In this document: positions 38,875-48,693 of the stretch, piece by piece
How the letters are laid out: the number at the start of each line of letters is the position of its first letter
Position numbering within the stretch: position 1 is the first letter of the stretch
From: an uncultured Pseudomonadales bacterium
GTDB taxonomy: Bacteria > Patescibacteriota > Microgenomatia > UBA1400 > PJMF01
Assembly: GCA_964555515.1 (NCBI GenBank)
Contig: CAZKSJ010000002.1
Location: 537 to 64,536 of the forward strand
Direction of reading: 5' to 3'
DNA length: 64,000 nucleotides
The notes under the pieces: generated by a model
Databases searched by the model: none
What the model was told of the DNA's origin: nothing
Seen by the model: the letters and a program-made list of their open reading frames with translations, nothing else
Position numbers and translations under genes: made by a program

Positions 38875-39933
38875 TCAAGCTACGGTAATCTCTTTGTCTA
38901 GATAGACATCCATCACCGCCTGCATGAGCACGATACCTTCTTGCCTTGATTTCTTAAACACTTTTCTACCCATAATCAAACCTGACCCCCCACCCCGTTT
39001 ATTAATGACTGCAGTTCTGATGGCAGTACGCAGGTCGTCTTCTCCGCTCGCTTCACCACCTGAATTAATTACTGGGATGCGGCCGCTGTAGGCGTGGAGA
39101 ACTTGATATCGTAGTAGATCGATGGGATGATCGGTCAAGAGCGCATCGTACATGTCATCTGCAAATTTTGAGTAGTGTAAGGCGGGAAAACCTCGATGAG
39201 CCGTAGGGAACTTCTGCTTGATAATGTCTGCTTCCATGGTCACGCCTAGGTGAATCGCCTGCGCAGTCAGATCAATTGCTTGATTGTAATCACCATCTTC
39301 CCGATTATAAGCATCATTGCGGGGATAACACCACAATACTGTAAAAAGACCCAATTGATGAGCTTTGGTAAAAATTTTACTGACAACTTGAATTTCTGCC
39401 GTGGCCATATTTGAACCGAAGTAAACTGTTGCTCCCACACCAACTGCTCCCATCTCCTTTGCTTGCCTAGCGGTGGCAAAAGGCACTTGATGATGCTGAT
39501 TGGGATAGGTCATCATCTCATTGTGTGTCACTTTCACGATGAAGGGAATTTTATCTGCATACTTATTTGACACTAGGCCAAGCATACCAAGTGGCGCGGT
39601 AATGGCACTAGCTCCCCCCTCGATGGCCGTAATCAGTACCTGCTCAGGATCAAAGTAATCTGGATTTTGATAAAATGAATAAGCGGCAGTATGCTCAACG
39701 CCTTGATCAATTGGGAAAATGTATAAATATCCGGAATTAGCTAATCTCCCAGTTTCATACAATCTTTTCAAGTTATCTATCACGGCTGCACTGCGATCTG
39801 AGTTTCCAAAAATGTCTTGAACAGAATTGGCGTGTGGATGATAAATTTTTTCCTGAGGAATCTTCTGACACTGATAATTCAATAAATATTCGGCCTCTTC
39901 CCCAAGCAAAGAAACAATTTGATTGTGATCCAT
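38875..39933 (-). CDS. fbaB: Class I fructose-bisphosphate aldolase.
   Basis: Collinear with E. coli FbaB over the full length, for example YETGRLANSGYLYIFPIDQGVEHTAA, MGAVGVGATVYFGS, INSGGEASGEDDLRTAIRTAVINKRGGGSGLIMGRKVFKK. Confidence 0.85.
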   Translation of the reverse strand: MDHNQIVSLLGEEAEYLLNYQCQKIPQEKIYHPHANSVQDIFGNSDRSAAVIDNLKRLYETGRLANSGYLYIFPIDQGVEHTAAYSFYQNPDYFDPEQVLITAIEGGASAITAPLGMLGLVSNKYADKIPFIVKVTHNEMMTYPNQHHQVPFATARQAKEMGAVGVGATVYFGSNMATAEIQVVSKIFTKAHQLGLFTVLWCYPRNDAYNREDGDYNQAIDLTAQAIHLGVTMEADIIKQKFPTAHRGFPALHYSKFADDMYDALLTDHPIDLLRYQVLHAYSGRIPVINSGGEASGEDDLRTAIRTAVINKRGGGSGLIMGRKVFKKSRQEGIVLMQAVMDVYLDKEITVA

Positions 39934-40018
39934 AGCTTTCCAACATTACAAATCTACGATAGTATTACTACTGTAGCAAATATTTAAGTGAATTGTAAAT
40001 CTAGAGATCATAACTTTA

Positions 40019-41695
40019 GTGGTGTATTCTTTTATGATGAACCTGCCTGACAATCAATTACCCACAGTTTCTCATCAAAATCCAGTGGCCTATTTTAGTG
40101 CTGAGTTTGGGTTTGATCCCCAACTGCCTATCTATGCTGGTGGCTTGGGGGTTTTGTCTGGAGATACCATCATGCAAGCCGCTGACGACAACTTTCCCAT
40201 GGTGGGTGTCGGGTTGCTGTACCGAGGTTATGGCATGAGGCAAAGAATCGATGAGCATGGTAACCAAATTGATGAAGACTGGAATTTCGATCCCTTATCG
40301 GCTGGTTTGGAGCACGTTTACGTTGATGAGTTGCCACTTTTTGTCAAAGTTAGGCTCACAGAAACAGAGGTTTGGCTGCGTTGCTGGAAAAAAACGTTTA
40401 AAAACGGGGTGATACTCTATTTATTAGACTCAGAAACAGACCAAAATCAACTCCCCGAACGCAGTATTACGCAAATTTTGTACTCCGGCACTCAAGAATC
40501 GCAACTGAAACAAATGTTTTTGCTGGGCATCGGTGGAGTCAAGTTATTAACCGCCCTCAACATTCATCCCAGCATCTATCATCTCAATGAGGGTAGACCA
40601 GCATTTTTGCACTGGCAATTAATTAGACAATTAATGGATACACACGGTATTGACTATCATTCTGCTCAACAAATTGCCATTCAAAAAACCGTCTACACTA
40701 ACCACACGCTAGTAGCAGCTGGCAATATGGGTTACTCAATGGAGCTGCTTGGTACTTATTCAAAATACTATTCAGATAAAATGAAGATTACTTTAGAAGA
40801 ATTACTCAGTGTGGGCATTGAAACAGATCCTAATGTGTTTGCCATCACCCGTTTTGCTTTAAATGTCTCCAAAAAAGCTAATGGAGTGAGTCAACTACAT
40901 TCGAAGTTATCTGAAGATTACTGGCCACAATACCATTGGACTAACGTCACTAATGGCGTCCACTTTCCTAGTTGGCAGTCGAGCGCTGTGCCAGCTGCGG
41001 GCGATGATCCCGCTGAACTGTGGCAAGCCCACCATCAAGAAAAAGTTAATTTAGCCAACTTTGTCCATCAACAAACCGGTTTTGGATTTGATCCAAATAT
41101 GATGGTCGTCACTTGGGCAAGGAGGTTGGCAGGTTACAAACAACTACAACTGCTTTTTGAAGATATCGAAAGACTCCGCCGGATCCTAAAAGATCCAGAG
41201 CGACCAGTGCAGCTGCTCATTTCTGGCAAAGCCCACATGGGTGATACGGCTGGCAAATCAATGCTAAAGGAGATTATTCGTTATCTTTCTAGAGAATTGG
41301 CGGGAAATGCGCTCTATATTCCCAATTACAACATTGAGATTGCTCAGCACTTAGTCAAAGGCTCCGATTTATGGCTAAACACTCCTCAGCTTGGCAAAGA
41401 AGCAAGCGGTACCAGTGGTATGAAATCTGCGGCCAACGGTGGTTTGCAGTGTACGGTGCCAGACGGCTGGGCGGCAGAGGTGGATTGGACAGATTTGGGA
41501 TGGACACTCCATCAAGATCACATTGCACAACATCTTTATCAATTACTTGAAACAGAAATTGTGCCTCTCTATTACCAGTTAGAGGATGGCTTGCCTAAAA
41601 AATGGATTGAAAAAATGTTTAAAACGATCAAGATGGCCGACCGCTTCTCTGCCAAACGGATGCTGCAAGAATACGCTGATAAACTTTATAAATAA
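40019..41695 (+). CDS. Alpha-glucan phosphorylase (GT35, short form).
   Basis: N-terminal AYFSAEFGF...PIYAGGLGVLSGD...VGVGLLYRGY and the PLP-site block GKEASGTSGMKSAANGGL. Confidence 0.8.
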   Translation: MVYSFMMNLPDNQLPTVSHQNPVAYFSAEFGFDPQLPIYAGGLGVLSGDTIMQAADDNFPMVGVGLLYRGYGMRQRIDEHGNQIDEDWNFDPLSAGLEHVYVDELPLFVKVRLTETEVWLRCWKKTFKNGVILYLLDSETDQNQLPERSITQILYSGTQESQLKQMFLLGIGGVKLLTALNIHPSIYHLNEGRPAFLHWQLIRQLMDTHGIDYHSAQQIAIQKTVYTNHTLVAAGNMGYSMELLGTYSKYYSDKMKITLEELLSVGIETDPNVFAITRFALNVSKKANGVSQLHSKLSEDYWPQYHWTNVTNGVHFPSWQSSAVPAAGDDPAELWQAHHQEKVNLANFVHQQTGFGFDPNMMVVTWARRLAGYKQLQLLFEDIERLRRILKDPERPVQLLISGKAHMGDTAGKSMLKEIIRYLSRELAGNALYIPNYNIEIAQHLVKGSDLWLNTPQLGKEASGTSGMKSAANGGLQCTVPDGWAAEVDWTDLGWTLHQDHIAQHLYQLLETEIVPLYYQLEDGLPKKWIEKMFKTIKMADRFSAKRMLQEYADKLYK

Positions 41696-41715
41696 GGCGT
41701 AGACACAATATCAAC

Positions 41716-43347
41716 ATGACAATCTTCATCGAAATTACTTTGGTCATGGTCATAGTTTTGGCAGTTTCTTTGCTGATGAAACTGCTCAAACAACCCCTGG
41801 TGGTTGGATATATCTTGGCTGGCATCCTGGCTGGACCAGTGGGTTTCAACATTGTTCAAGCCCATGATACCGTTGAGCTGTTTTCCAAGTTTGGTATCAC
41901 CATCTTGTTATTCATCGTGGGACTCCACCTTAGTCCCAAAGTTATCAAGGAAGTTGGCTCGGTCTCACTCATCACTGGAGTGGGACAAGTGCTGTTTACA
42001 TCTTTTTTTGGCTTCCTGATTGCCTTACTGCTCAATATTCCCACCCTGTCGGCGCTATACGTGGCCATTGCTCTCACCTTCAGTAGCACAATTATTATCT
42101 TGAAATTATTGTCAGACAAAGGTCAGACCCAATCCTTATATGGCAAGATCGCGATCGGTTTTCTGTTAGTTCAGGACGTGATTGCTACTATCATCCTGAT
42201 CGTGGTTTCCTCATTTTCAGACCAAAGCGTCGCACTTTTACCTGCGATTTCATTATTAATTCTCAAATCTTTAGGCATCTTAGTCGGGTTGTTCTTGATG
42301 ATGTCTTGGCTTTTACCCAAGATCGCACAGTTTGTGAGTAAAAGTCAGGAGTTGTTGTTTATCTTTTCTTTGACATGGGGACTCAGCTTGGCGGCTCTTT
42401 TTCATGTGATTGGCTTATCAGTTGAAATTGGCGCTTTGCTAGCGGGTGTAGCTGCTTCTAGCTTGCCATTTGCCGATGAAATTAGTTCCAGAATGAGACC
42501 TCTCAGAGATTTTTTCATCATCTTATTCTTCATTTTCCTTGGTTCTAGTATGACGTTTGGTTCAATTGGCAGTTTGATCGCACCGGTTTTAATCCTGTCA
42601 GTTTTCGTTTTAATTGGCAACCCAGTGATTGTGATTATCATCATGAACCTCCTGGGATACCATAAAAGAACGTCTTTTATGGCCGGACTGACAGTAGCTC
42701 AAATCAGTGAGTTTTCCCTGATTTTGGCTTCCTTGGGTCTGCAACTGGGACACCTGTCTCCAGAAACATTGACCCTAGTTACTTTGGTTGGTTTAGTCAC
42801 CATTGCTGGCTCAACTTATCTAATCCTTTACGCTGACCAAATCTACCCGTTACTCAAAGATTGGCTGACCTTCTTAGAGTTGAAAAAAAATAACCACACC
42901 GACCGCAGCAACCGTGAACAATTAGACATGATGCTGTTTGGATGTGACCGAACCAGTCAAACTTTTATAGATTTTGCCAAGAAAATGGATTACTCAATTG
43001 GTTTTGTAGACTTAAACCCAGAAGTTGAAAATAATCTTCAGCCTGCCGGTGCAGAGTATTTCTTCGGAGACGCAAGTGATAAGGAATTTATTTCTGAGCT
43101 GCCGCTGGATAAAACCAAAGCGGTTGTATCTAGCATCCCCTCACTTGAAACTAATTTATTGCTAATTAAACACATTCGGAAGAATAAATACCGCAGTTTA
43201 ATAATCGTACTGGCAAATACCACAGAGGAAGCAGCTCAGCTGCGTGAAGCCGGCAGCGATGCGATTGTGCTGCCTCATGAACATGCGGCAAAATTTGTGG
43301 TGCGAAAATTGACAAGACACGGCCTAAATAAAGCCGCTTTTGTTTGA
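41716..43347 (+). CDS. CPA2 cation/proton antiporter with a C-terminal RCK/TrkA-N domain (Kef-type).
   Basis: About 12 TM helices with Na_H exchanger-like glycine motifs. The soluble tail has a Rossmann-like LFGCDRTSQ...VDLNPE segment. Confidence 0.7.
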   Translation: MTIFIEITLVMVIVLAVSLLMKLLKQPLVVGYILAGILAGPVGFNIVQAHDTVELFSKFGITILLFIVGLHLSPKVIKEVGSVSLITGVGQVLFTSFFGFLIALLLNIPTLSALYVAIALTFSSTIIILKLLSDKGQTQSLYGKIAIGFLLVQDVIATIILIVVSSFSDQSVALLPAISLLILKSLGILVGLFLMMSWLLPKIAQFVSKSQELLFIFSLTWGLSLAALFHVIGLSVEIGALLAGVAASSLPFADEISSRMRPLRDFFIILFFIFLGSSMTFGSIGSLIAPVLILSVFVLIGNPVIVIIIMNLLGYHKRTSFMAGLTVAQISEFSLILASLGLQLGHLSPETLTLVTLVGLVTIAGSTYLILYADQIYPLLKDWLTFLELKKNNHTDRSNREQLDMMLFGCDRTSQTFIDFAKKMDYSIGFVDLNPEVENNLQPAGAEYFFGDASDKEFISELPLDKTKAVVSSIPSLETNLLLIKHIRKNKYRSLIIVLANTTEEAAQLREAGSDAIVLPHEHAAKFVVRKLTRHGLNKAAFV

Positions 43348-43558
43348 ATCACACAATCCTAACCAATATGTTTTCACTCTTCAATTTTCTACTAAAACAC
43401 ACAGTGTTTCAAAATCTCTGCATAATCCATGGAACTATTCTCATCCCAAGAGATTCTAGCTCACAACTGATTTTCAACTTCATAGCAGTTTCGATTTATC
43501 AGCGCGTGAGTGATAAAATACTTTCTATCAATATCCATAATAAGAGAGATCAGCATAT

Positions 43559-45163
43559 ATGACACTCAAACGTGTCCCTAACTCTACTTTACTGAAGAAA
43601 TTTCACATCACCGATAAAACTCAAAATCTTTGGAAATATTTGTGTTATGTGGCAATCTTTATTTTATTTACTGTGGGATCTTTACACCTCCAAAAAGCTG
43701 ATTTTTATTATGATACCGACATTGCTCGAGATATGCTTTTACTCGAAGAAATGGTTAAGGAAAATAAATTAACACTGATTGGCGGCAGAACCAGCGTATC
43801 TGGCGTATTTCATGGGCCCTTATATTATTGGCTGATGTTACCATTTTTTGTTTTATCTGGCGGCAATCCAGTAGCGATTAGTTGGGTGTGGTTTGTGATA
43901 TATCTGATGTTTATTGGATCATTCTATTACGTTGGGAAAAGAGTATTCGACGATCAGACCGCTTTGATGAGTACTACCTTGCTCACAAGCGCTACTATCG
44001 CTTATTCTAGCGGCTTCACTCACAGCGTATTGGCCAACTTTCTGATTGTTCCCTTAATCTATTTAGTATATCTCTATCTTCAGTCCAACAAAGTCTGGCT
44101 GCTATTGGGAGCTGTCTTGGTGGCAGGATTGATTATTCAGTTTCAAATGGCATTTGGTGTACCAATATTGATACTAATTGGAGGTTATACGATTTATCAT
44201 ATCGTTTATCACCAGAATTATATACATTTATTGGCAGGTTTATTACTATTTGTGCCAATCAGCACATTCATTGCATTTGATTTACGACACAACTTTATTC
44301 AGCTAAATTCGGTTTGGTCAATAATCACTGGTGAAAGTGCCGGAAATTCTAGTCTTAATGGATACTGGCCAGATCGTTGGGCTTCATTTATCGATACGTT
44401 CAGATTTTGGTCAATTCCTCTCAATGAGTTGCAAGATTTTGCTAAAGTCTCCACCATTATCTTGTTAGCGTTTCTCGCGTACCAAAACTTTTTAGCCGGC
44501 AATAAATCAAATAAATTTATCACCTTGTCAACATTGATTATCTTTGGTTTTTGGATTGTGACTAGTCCATTTAAAGGCAATGTATGGCCTCAATACTATC
44601 GCACCTTATTGCCCATAGTCATACTTTGTCTGACTTATGCTGTGGTTCATTATCTACCAAAGAAGTTATTCCTAACCATATTGCTGTTGATTATTGGTAC
44701 TAATACATTTTTTGCTCTCAAGTCTGGGATTGATTATCTAAAATCTACACCCACAACTGATGAAATACATTGGAAGTTCTATCGTCAAATGGTTGAGGAT
44801 GTTTTGGTTAATAGTGGTGGTGAACCATTTGGCTACTATGTTTTCACTCCTGACCAATTTGGTTATCAAGCCAAGTACGCACTGAGATTCTTTACCAAAG
44901 CTAATAATGCCATTGCTCAACCGTACACCAAACAATCGTTGACGTATTTGATACTTGCAGGCTATTGGGATGACAATAAGTTTTTAAGTAAAGAGTATTG
45001 GCAGAATAGCCAGGTAAGAATTGACCGTGACCCCGATGAACTTTGGAATTATAAAAATTTTGAAGAGCAAGAAACTTACACTGTAATGAGATTTAATTTA
45101 ACAGATTTAGAAACTGCTATTCCCTCTGAGCCAACTCTGCTTGAAGGAATTCATTTTCGATAA
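43559..45163 (+). CDS. GT-C membrane glycosyltransferase, ArnT-like family B.
   Basis: Motif YYDTDIARDMLLLEEMVKENKLTLIGGRTSVSGVFHGPLYYWLMLPF, shared with the ORFs at 8460 and 50801. Confidence 0.55.
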   Translation: MTLKRVPNSTLLKKFHITDKTQNLWKYLCYVAIFILFTVGSLHLQKADFYYDTDIARDMLLLEEMVKENKLTLIGGRTSVSGVFHGPLYYWLMLPFFVLSGGNPVAISWVWFVIYLMFIGSFYYVGKRVFDDQTALMSTTLLTSATIAYSSGFTHSVLANFLIVPLIYLVYLYLQSNKVWLLLGAVLVAGLIIQFQMAFGVPILILIGGYTIYHIVYHQNYIHLLAGLLLFVPISTFIAFDLRHNFIQLNSVWSIITGESAGNSSLNGYWPDRWASFIDTFRFWSIPLNELQDFAKVSTIILLAFLAYQNFLAGNKSNKFITLSTLIIFGFWIVTSPFKGNVWPQYYRTLLPIVILCLTYAVVHYLPKKLFLTILLLIIGTNTFFALKSGIDYLKSTPTTDEIHWKFYRQMVEDVLVNSGGEPFGYYVFTPDQFGYQAKYALRFFTKANNAIAQPYTKQSLTYLILAGYWDDNKFLSKEYWQNSQVRIDRDPDELWNYKNFEEQETYTVMRFNLTDLETAIPSEPTLLEGIHFR

Positions 45164-45288
45164 ATCATAGCTCACTCGCATGCACTAGGAGGGCACTTCA
45201 CTTCGTTGCGTACTCTCCGTCGCGAACCATAGCTTAATCTAACAGTCCACGATCATGTTGAATTTAGGCTAAAGCCTAATTCATCATG

Positions 45289-45359
45289 ATCCCGGACTAG
45301 GATTCGAACCTAGGATAACAAGTTCAGAGCCTGTTGTGATGCCACTTCACTATCCGGGA
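45289..45359 (-). tRNA. tRNA-Gln (anticodon CUG).
   Basis: Manual fold of the minus strand: acceptor TCCCGGA/TCCGGGA (U1:A72), U8, D-arm GTGA/TCAC, anticodon stem ACAGG/CTTGT with loop CTCTGAA, 4-nt variable loop, T-arm CTAGG-TTCGAAT-CCTAG. CCA is not encoded. Confidence 0.8.
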
Positions 45360-45464
45360 CTGTATTGCTGCTGTTATCTACAAGTCTGAACAGGTTAGTA
45401 TATCAAACAAAGACACTAAAACGCCAGCTTGTTTTAAATTTTATGAATCCTAAGATATCAATCC

Positions 45465-46139
45465 ATGTCACCCCATCTTTTAATCGTCGAAGACGACCGC
45501 AACTTGCAAGACTTGCTTATTAGTCATTTCACCCAAAAATATAGTGTCACCACCACCGACTCGGTTGATAGAGCCTGCGACTTAATTGACCGCACCCAAT
45601 TTGATTTAGCCATTGTTGATCGAGTCTTGAGTGATGGTGATGGCCTCGATGTCGTCACCTATCTTAAAGATGTGCAACCACAGTCAAGAGTGATTGCCTT
45701 GAGCAAGATGGGTCGTCCCGAGCAGCGCGTATCTGGCCTTGAATCTGGTGCAGACGACTATTTAGCCAAGCCATTTTGTTTGGCGGAACTAACCATCAAA
45801 GTCAGTAAATTGCTCGCCAACATCAAGAATAATAATCGCTCATCACAAATAAAAACTAAGTACTTAAAGTTAAACAATCACACTTCAGAATTAGGTTTGC
45901 GAGACTCGGTGGTGAGACTACGTCGTCGTGAGGCACAAATTTTGAGCGTGTTGTTGCTCTATCTTAATCAAGTGGTGAGTAGGCAGATGATCATCAACAG
46001 TGTTTGGCAAAATAAAGATTTTGTACCCAACAAAACTACCCTCGATGTCTATATCCGCCGCTTAAGAATGCACTTGGGAGGAAGCGCTGGTCAGATCGTG
46101 ACAATCAAAGGCGTGGGTTATTCATATCAAGAAATCTAG
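45465..46139 (+). CDS. Response regulator, OmpR family.
   Basis: Receiver domain LLIVEDD...LAIVDRVLSDGDG...ALSKMG and a C-terminal winged-helix (trans_reg_C-like VTIKGVGYSY). Confidence 0.8.
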   Translation: MSPHLLIVEDDRNLQDLLISHFTQKYSVTTTDSVDRACDLIDRTQFDLAIVDRVLSDGDGLDVVTYLKDVQPQSRVIALSKMGRPEQRVSGLESGADDYLAKPFCLAELTIKVSKLLANIKNNNRSSQIKTKYLKLNNHTSELGLRDSVVRLRRREAQILSVLLLYLNQVVSRQMIINSVWQNKDFVPNKTTLDVYIRRLRMHLGGSAGQIVTIKGVGYSYQEI

Positions 46140-46803
46140 TTCTTGGGCTCAATATTGGTAACTTCAGCACCACCATGGTGCCCAATCCAGGTTTAGATAA
46201 TATTTCAAATTTACCATAAAATACCGATTCAACTACCCACTTCACAAACGGCAAACCAATACCCATGCCATCTTTTTTAGTAGTCAAGAATGGTTGTTTC
46301 ACCAATAATTGCTGCCATGTATTCATCCCTTGCCCAAAATCAGAAAGCACAATCTTTAATACTTTTTGGGAAGAAAAAAGATTCAGCCCAACTAGGGTTT
46401 CTTCATTTGATTCCAGACTGTTTTTTACCAAACACATCACCGCTTCAATGAGCAACAGCTGTTTACCCTGCAGGCTCACTCCATCAATCTGGCGGTGTGC
46501 AAAGTAGACTCTGTCAGAATCGGGCAATAACAACAACTGCTGAGCAATCATGACCGTGGTTTCTTTAACCGAGAATGTGTAGTGGTGATGAGGTGAGCGC
46601 AGTGCTCTCAATACTCCTCTAATTTGCTGATAAGCAGCCGATTTTACCCGATCATCATTTGTAGCCGCCAGCACTGTCAACGGCGAAGCAATGGAGTGTT
46701 CAATCAGACTACCTAACACGACTTGTTTATCAATTGAGTTACCAAAATCATCGGGTTGAATAAAACAAATGATATCCAAAAACTGCTCCCAAAGCCGTTT
46801 CAT
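46105..46803 (-). CDS. Minimal cytoplasmic sensor histidine kinase (HisKA plus HATPase_c only).
   Basis: H-box-like EHSIASPLTVL, N-box LVKNSLESN, G1 DFGQGM, G2 GMGIGL. No TM or sensor domain. Its 3' end overlaps the response-regulator gene by 35 nt (convergent). Confidence 0.6.
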   Translation of the reverse strand: MKRLWEQFLDIICFIQPDDFGNSIDKQVVLGSLIEHSIASPLTVLAATNDDRVKSAAYQQIRGVLRALRSPHHHYTFSVKETTVMIAQQLLLLPDSDRVYFAHRQIDGVSLQGKQLLLIEAVMCLVKNSLESNEETLVGLNLFSSQKVLKIVLSDFGQGMNTWQQLLVKQPFLTTKKDGMGIGLPFVKWVVESVFYGKFEILSKPGLGTMVVLKLPILSPRTRFLDMNNPRL

Positions 46804-46917
46804 ATTCTTTTTCTCTATCTCTCAAGCATTGGGCAGGCAAATTAAACTACGTTAATCTTATCAAGATAAATTTGAAAATAAATGAGTAACGGTTATGTAA
46901 AAGTTATAATGTCTATT

Positions 46918-48588
46918 TTACTTATATTGATCGCCATTTCGCACAATTTCGGTTACATCCCAAACTTGTAAGCAAGGGGCATCAAAGGGTCGGCAGTACT
47001 CAGCCACTAAGTATTCTTTGGTTATATCAAAGGTAATGCGATGCGAATTGACTAATATCCAAAGCCGATCAAACTCACTTTGCCGATCAATTAATACTTG
47101 CGGAATACTGTTGACGGGCTGACCTGCTCCCTCCACATAGATATTTTCCACTGGCGTGCGATGGAGATACATCAGTACTCCATCTGGCAATGTGCCAAAA
47201 AAGCCTTCTGTCGCCACAGCAATTTTTTGCTCGGCTGCTTGAGTTTGCAGCAAGTTTACGAACTGATAAATACCGTGACCAGACGACCACTTAGTCAGAT
47301 ACTGCTCTTTATCGGCAGGCACGTATGGATATGAAGAGACATCTGTCCAGGCATAAGTCAGTGCCACCAGAGATGGAGTAATAATCTGTTGGATTAACAT
47401 AATTGAAGTAAATACCACCACAATTTGCTTGGCAACACTGATTTTCATCATCTGGTGGCGCACTCTCTCTAGATAGAAGGAAGCCGCCAAGGCAGCGGCC
47501 ACGGTCAGATAGAGCACTGAGGGCATTAGGTATCTTGGGTAGACGACTTTGCCAAGCACCACAATCGGAAACACAAAAGAAAGACTTGCAAGAATCAACA
47601 CCAACTGCTGTCGCCGCAAGTCCCTCTCAAATAACCCAGCAATAATTAATACAACCACACCCGGAGTTAAGTACCACCAATAATAACTAAAGTACGTAGG
47701 GGCATTAATCAAAGTTTGTTGCCATGCTCCATGTAAGAGCACATCTGAGACCGGATATAAAAAGTCACTACCCCGGAAGATGAGCTGGGGAAAGGCAGCT
47801 GAGATTTTTAAAGTGAGAAAAATCAATAAGCCGATCGCGACCAACACCCCAACCCTGATTAGTCTGGAAATTAATCGGGACGCCGATTCTAGAGGTGGCA
47901 ATAAGGTTAATGCAAACAATGACGGTACTGCCAATAAGGCGGGAATTTTGGTATACAAAGCTGCTCCTAAAAATATTCCTCCCCACCACATCCACGCTCC
48001 ATTAAGAGACCATAAACGTTTGATTTCTGCATAACTTATCCGCCAAAACATTCTCACAAACTGCTGATGGCTGGCAATCAGACCGGCTTGAGTATTAAGC
48101 TTGATGACCGCTAAGGAAGCACCAGCAATCCAAACAGTCAACCAGCCATCCATTAAGGCCATGCGATGGTGGATAAACCAAAAAGGCAAAAATGTCACGA
48201 ACAACGCCCCAATTGTTTGGGTAAACCGCTTGCCGCCCAATGCTTTGAGGATCAACGTCACAAAAACTAATTGAACTGCGCCTCCCAATACAGACACAAA
48301 TCTGCCGGCAAATAATGGATCATCAAATAAATACTGAAAAGGAAATAGCATCCAGATAAAAAGGGGGGTTTTGCCATCATTTAAGGGAAAGAATAAATAC
48401 CGTGGCAAATCATCAATCATGAGTTGCGACCATCTGATGTAAATCGCTTCATCTGCAAAAACAGGCAAAGCGGTTAGGTAAATCAGGTGAGTCAAAAAAT
48501 AGATGGTCAACCAGATACCAAACCACTTTATTTCTCGGTGAAGGAGATTTGCACGAAGTCGTTTCACACTAGCATTATACGACGTCAC
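46918..48588 (-). CDS. GT-C membrane glycosyltransferase, ArnT/PMT-like (family A).
   Basis: Loop motif LPVFADEAIYIRWSQLMIDD...LNDGKTPLFIWM. Polytopic. Confidence 0.7.
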   Translation of the reverse strand: MTSYNASVKRLRANLLHREIKWFGIWLTIYFLTHLIYLTALPVFADEAIYIRWSQLMIDDLPRYLFFPLNDGKTPLFIWMLFPFQYLFDDPLFAGRFVSVLGGAVQLVFVTLILKALGGKRFTQTIGALFVTFLPFWFIHHRMALMDGWLTVWIAGASLAVIKLNTQAGLIASHQQFVRMFWRISYAEIKRLWSLNGAWMWWGGIFLGAALYTKIPALLAVPSLFALTLLPPLESASRLISRLIRVGVLVAIGLLIFLTLKISAAFPQLIFRGSDFLYPVSDVLLHGAWQQTLINAPTYFSYYWWYLTPGVVVLIIAGLFERDLRRQQLVLILASLSFVFPIVVLGKVVYPRYLMPSVLYLTVAAALAASFYLERVRHQMMKISVAKQIVVVFTSIMLIQQIITPSLVALTYAWTDVSSYPYVPADKEQYLTKWSSGHGIYQFVNLLQTQAAEQKIAVATEGFFGTLPDGVLMYLHRTPVENIYVEGAGQPVNSIPQVLIDRQSEFDRLWILVNSHRITFDITKEYLVAEYCRPFDAPCLQVWDVTEIVRNGDQYK

Positions 48589-48693
48589 TCAGATGAAACC
48601 TAGCGACTCTTCAGCGATTAATTAAATAACAATGATCATCATCCTTAGAATCGACAAACCCGCAATCGACGACTAATAAACCTTCAATTAAAC

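Noticed and set aside
45289-45360. Possible tRNA-His, because a G precedes the acceptor stem
   Set aside because: The anticodon reads CUG in a canonical 7-nt loop with U33 and A37, so the gene is tRNA-Gln.
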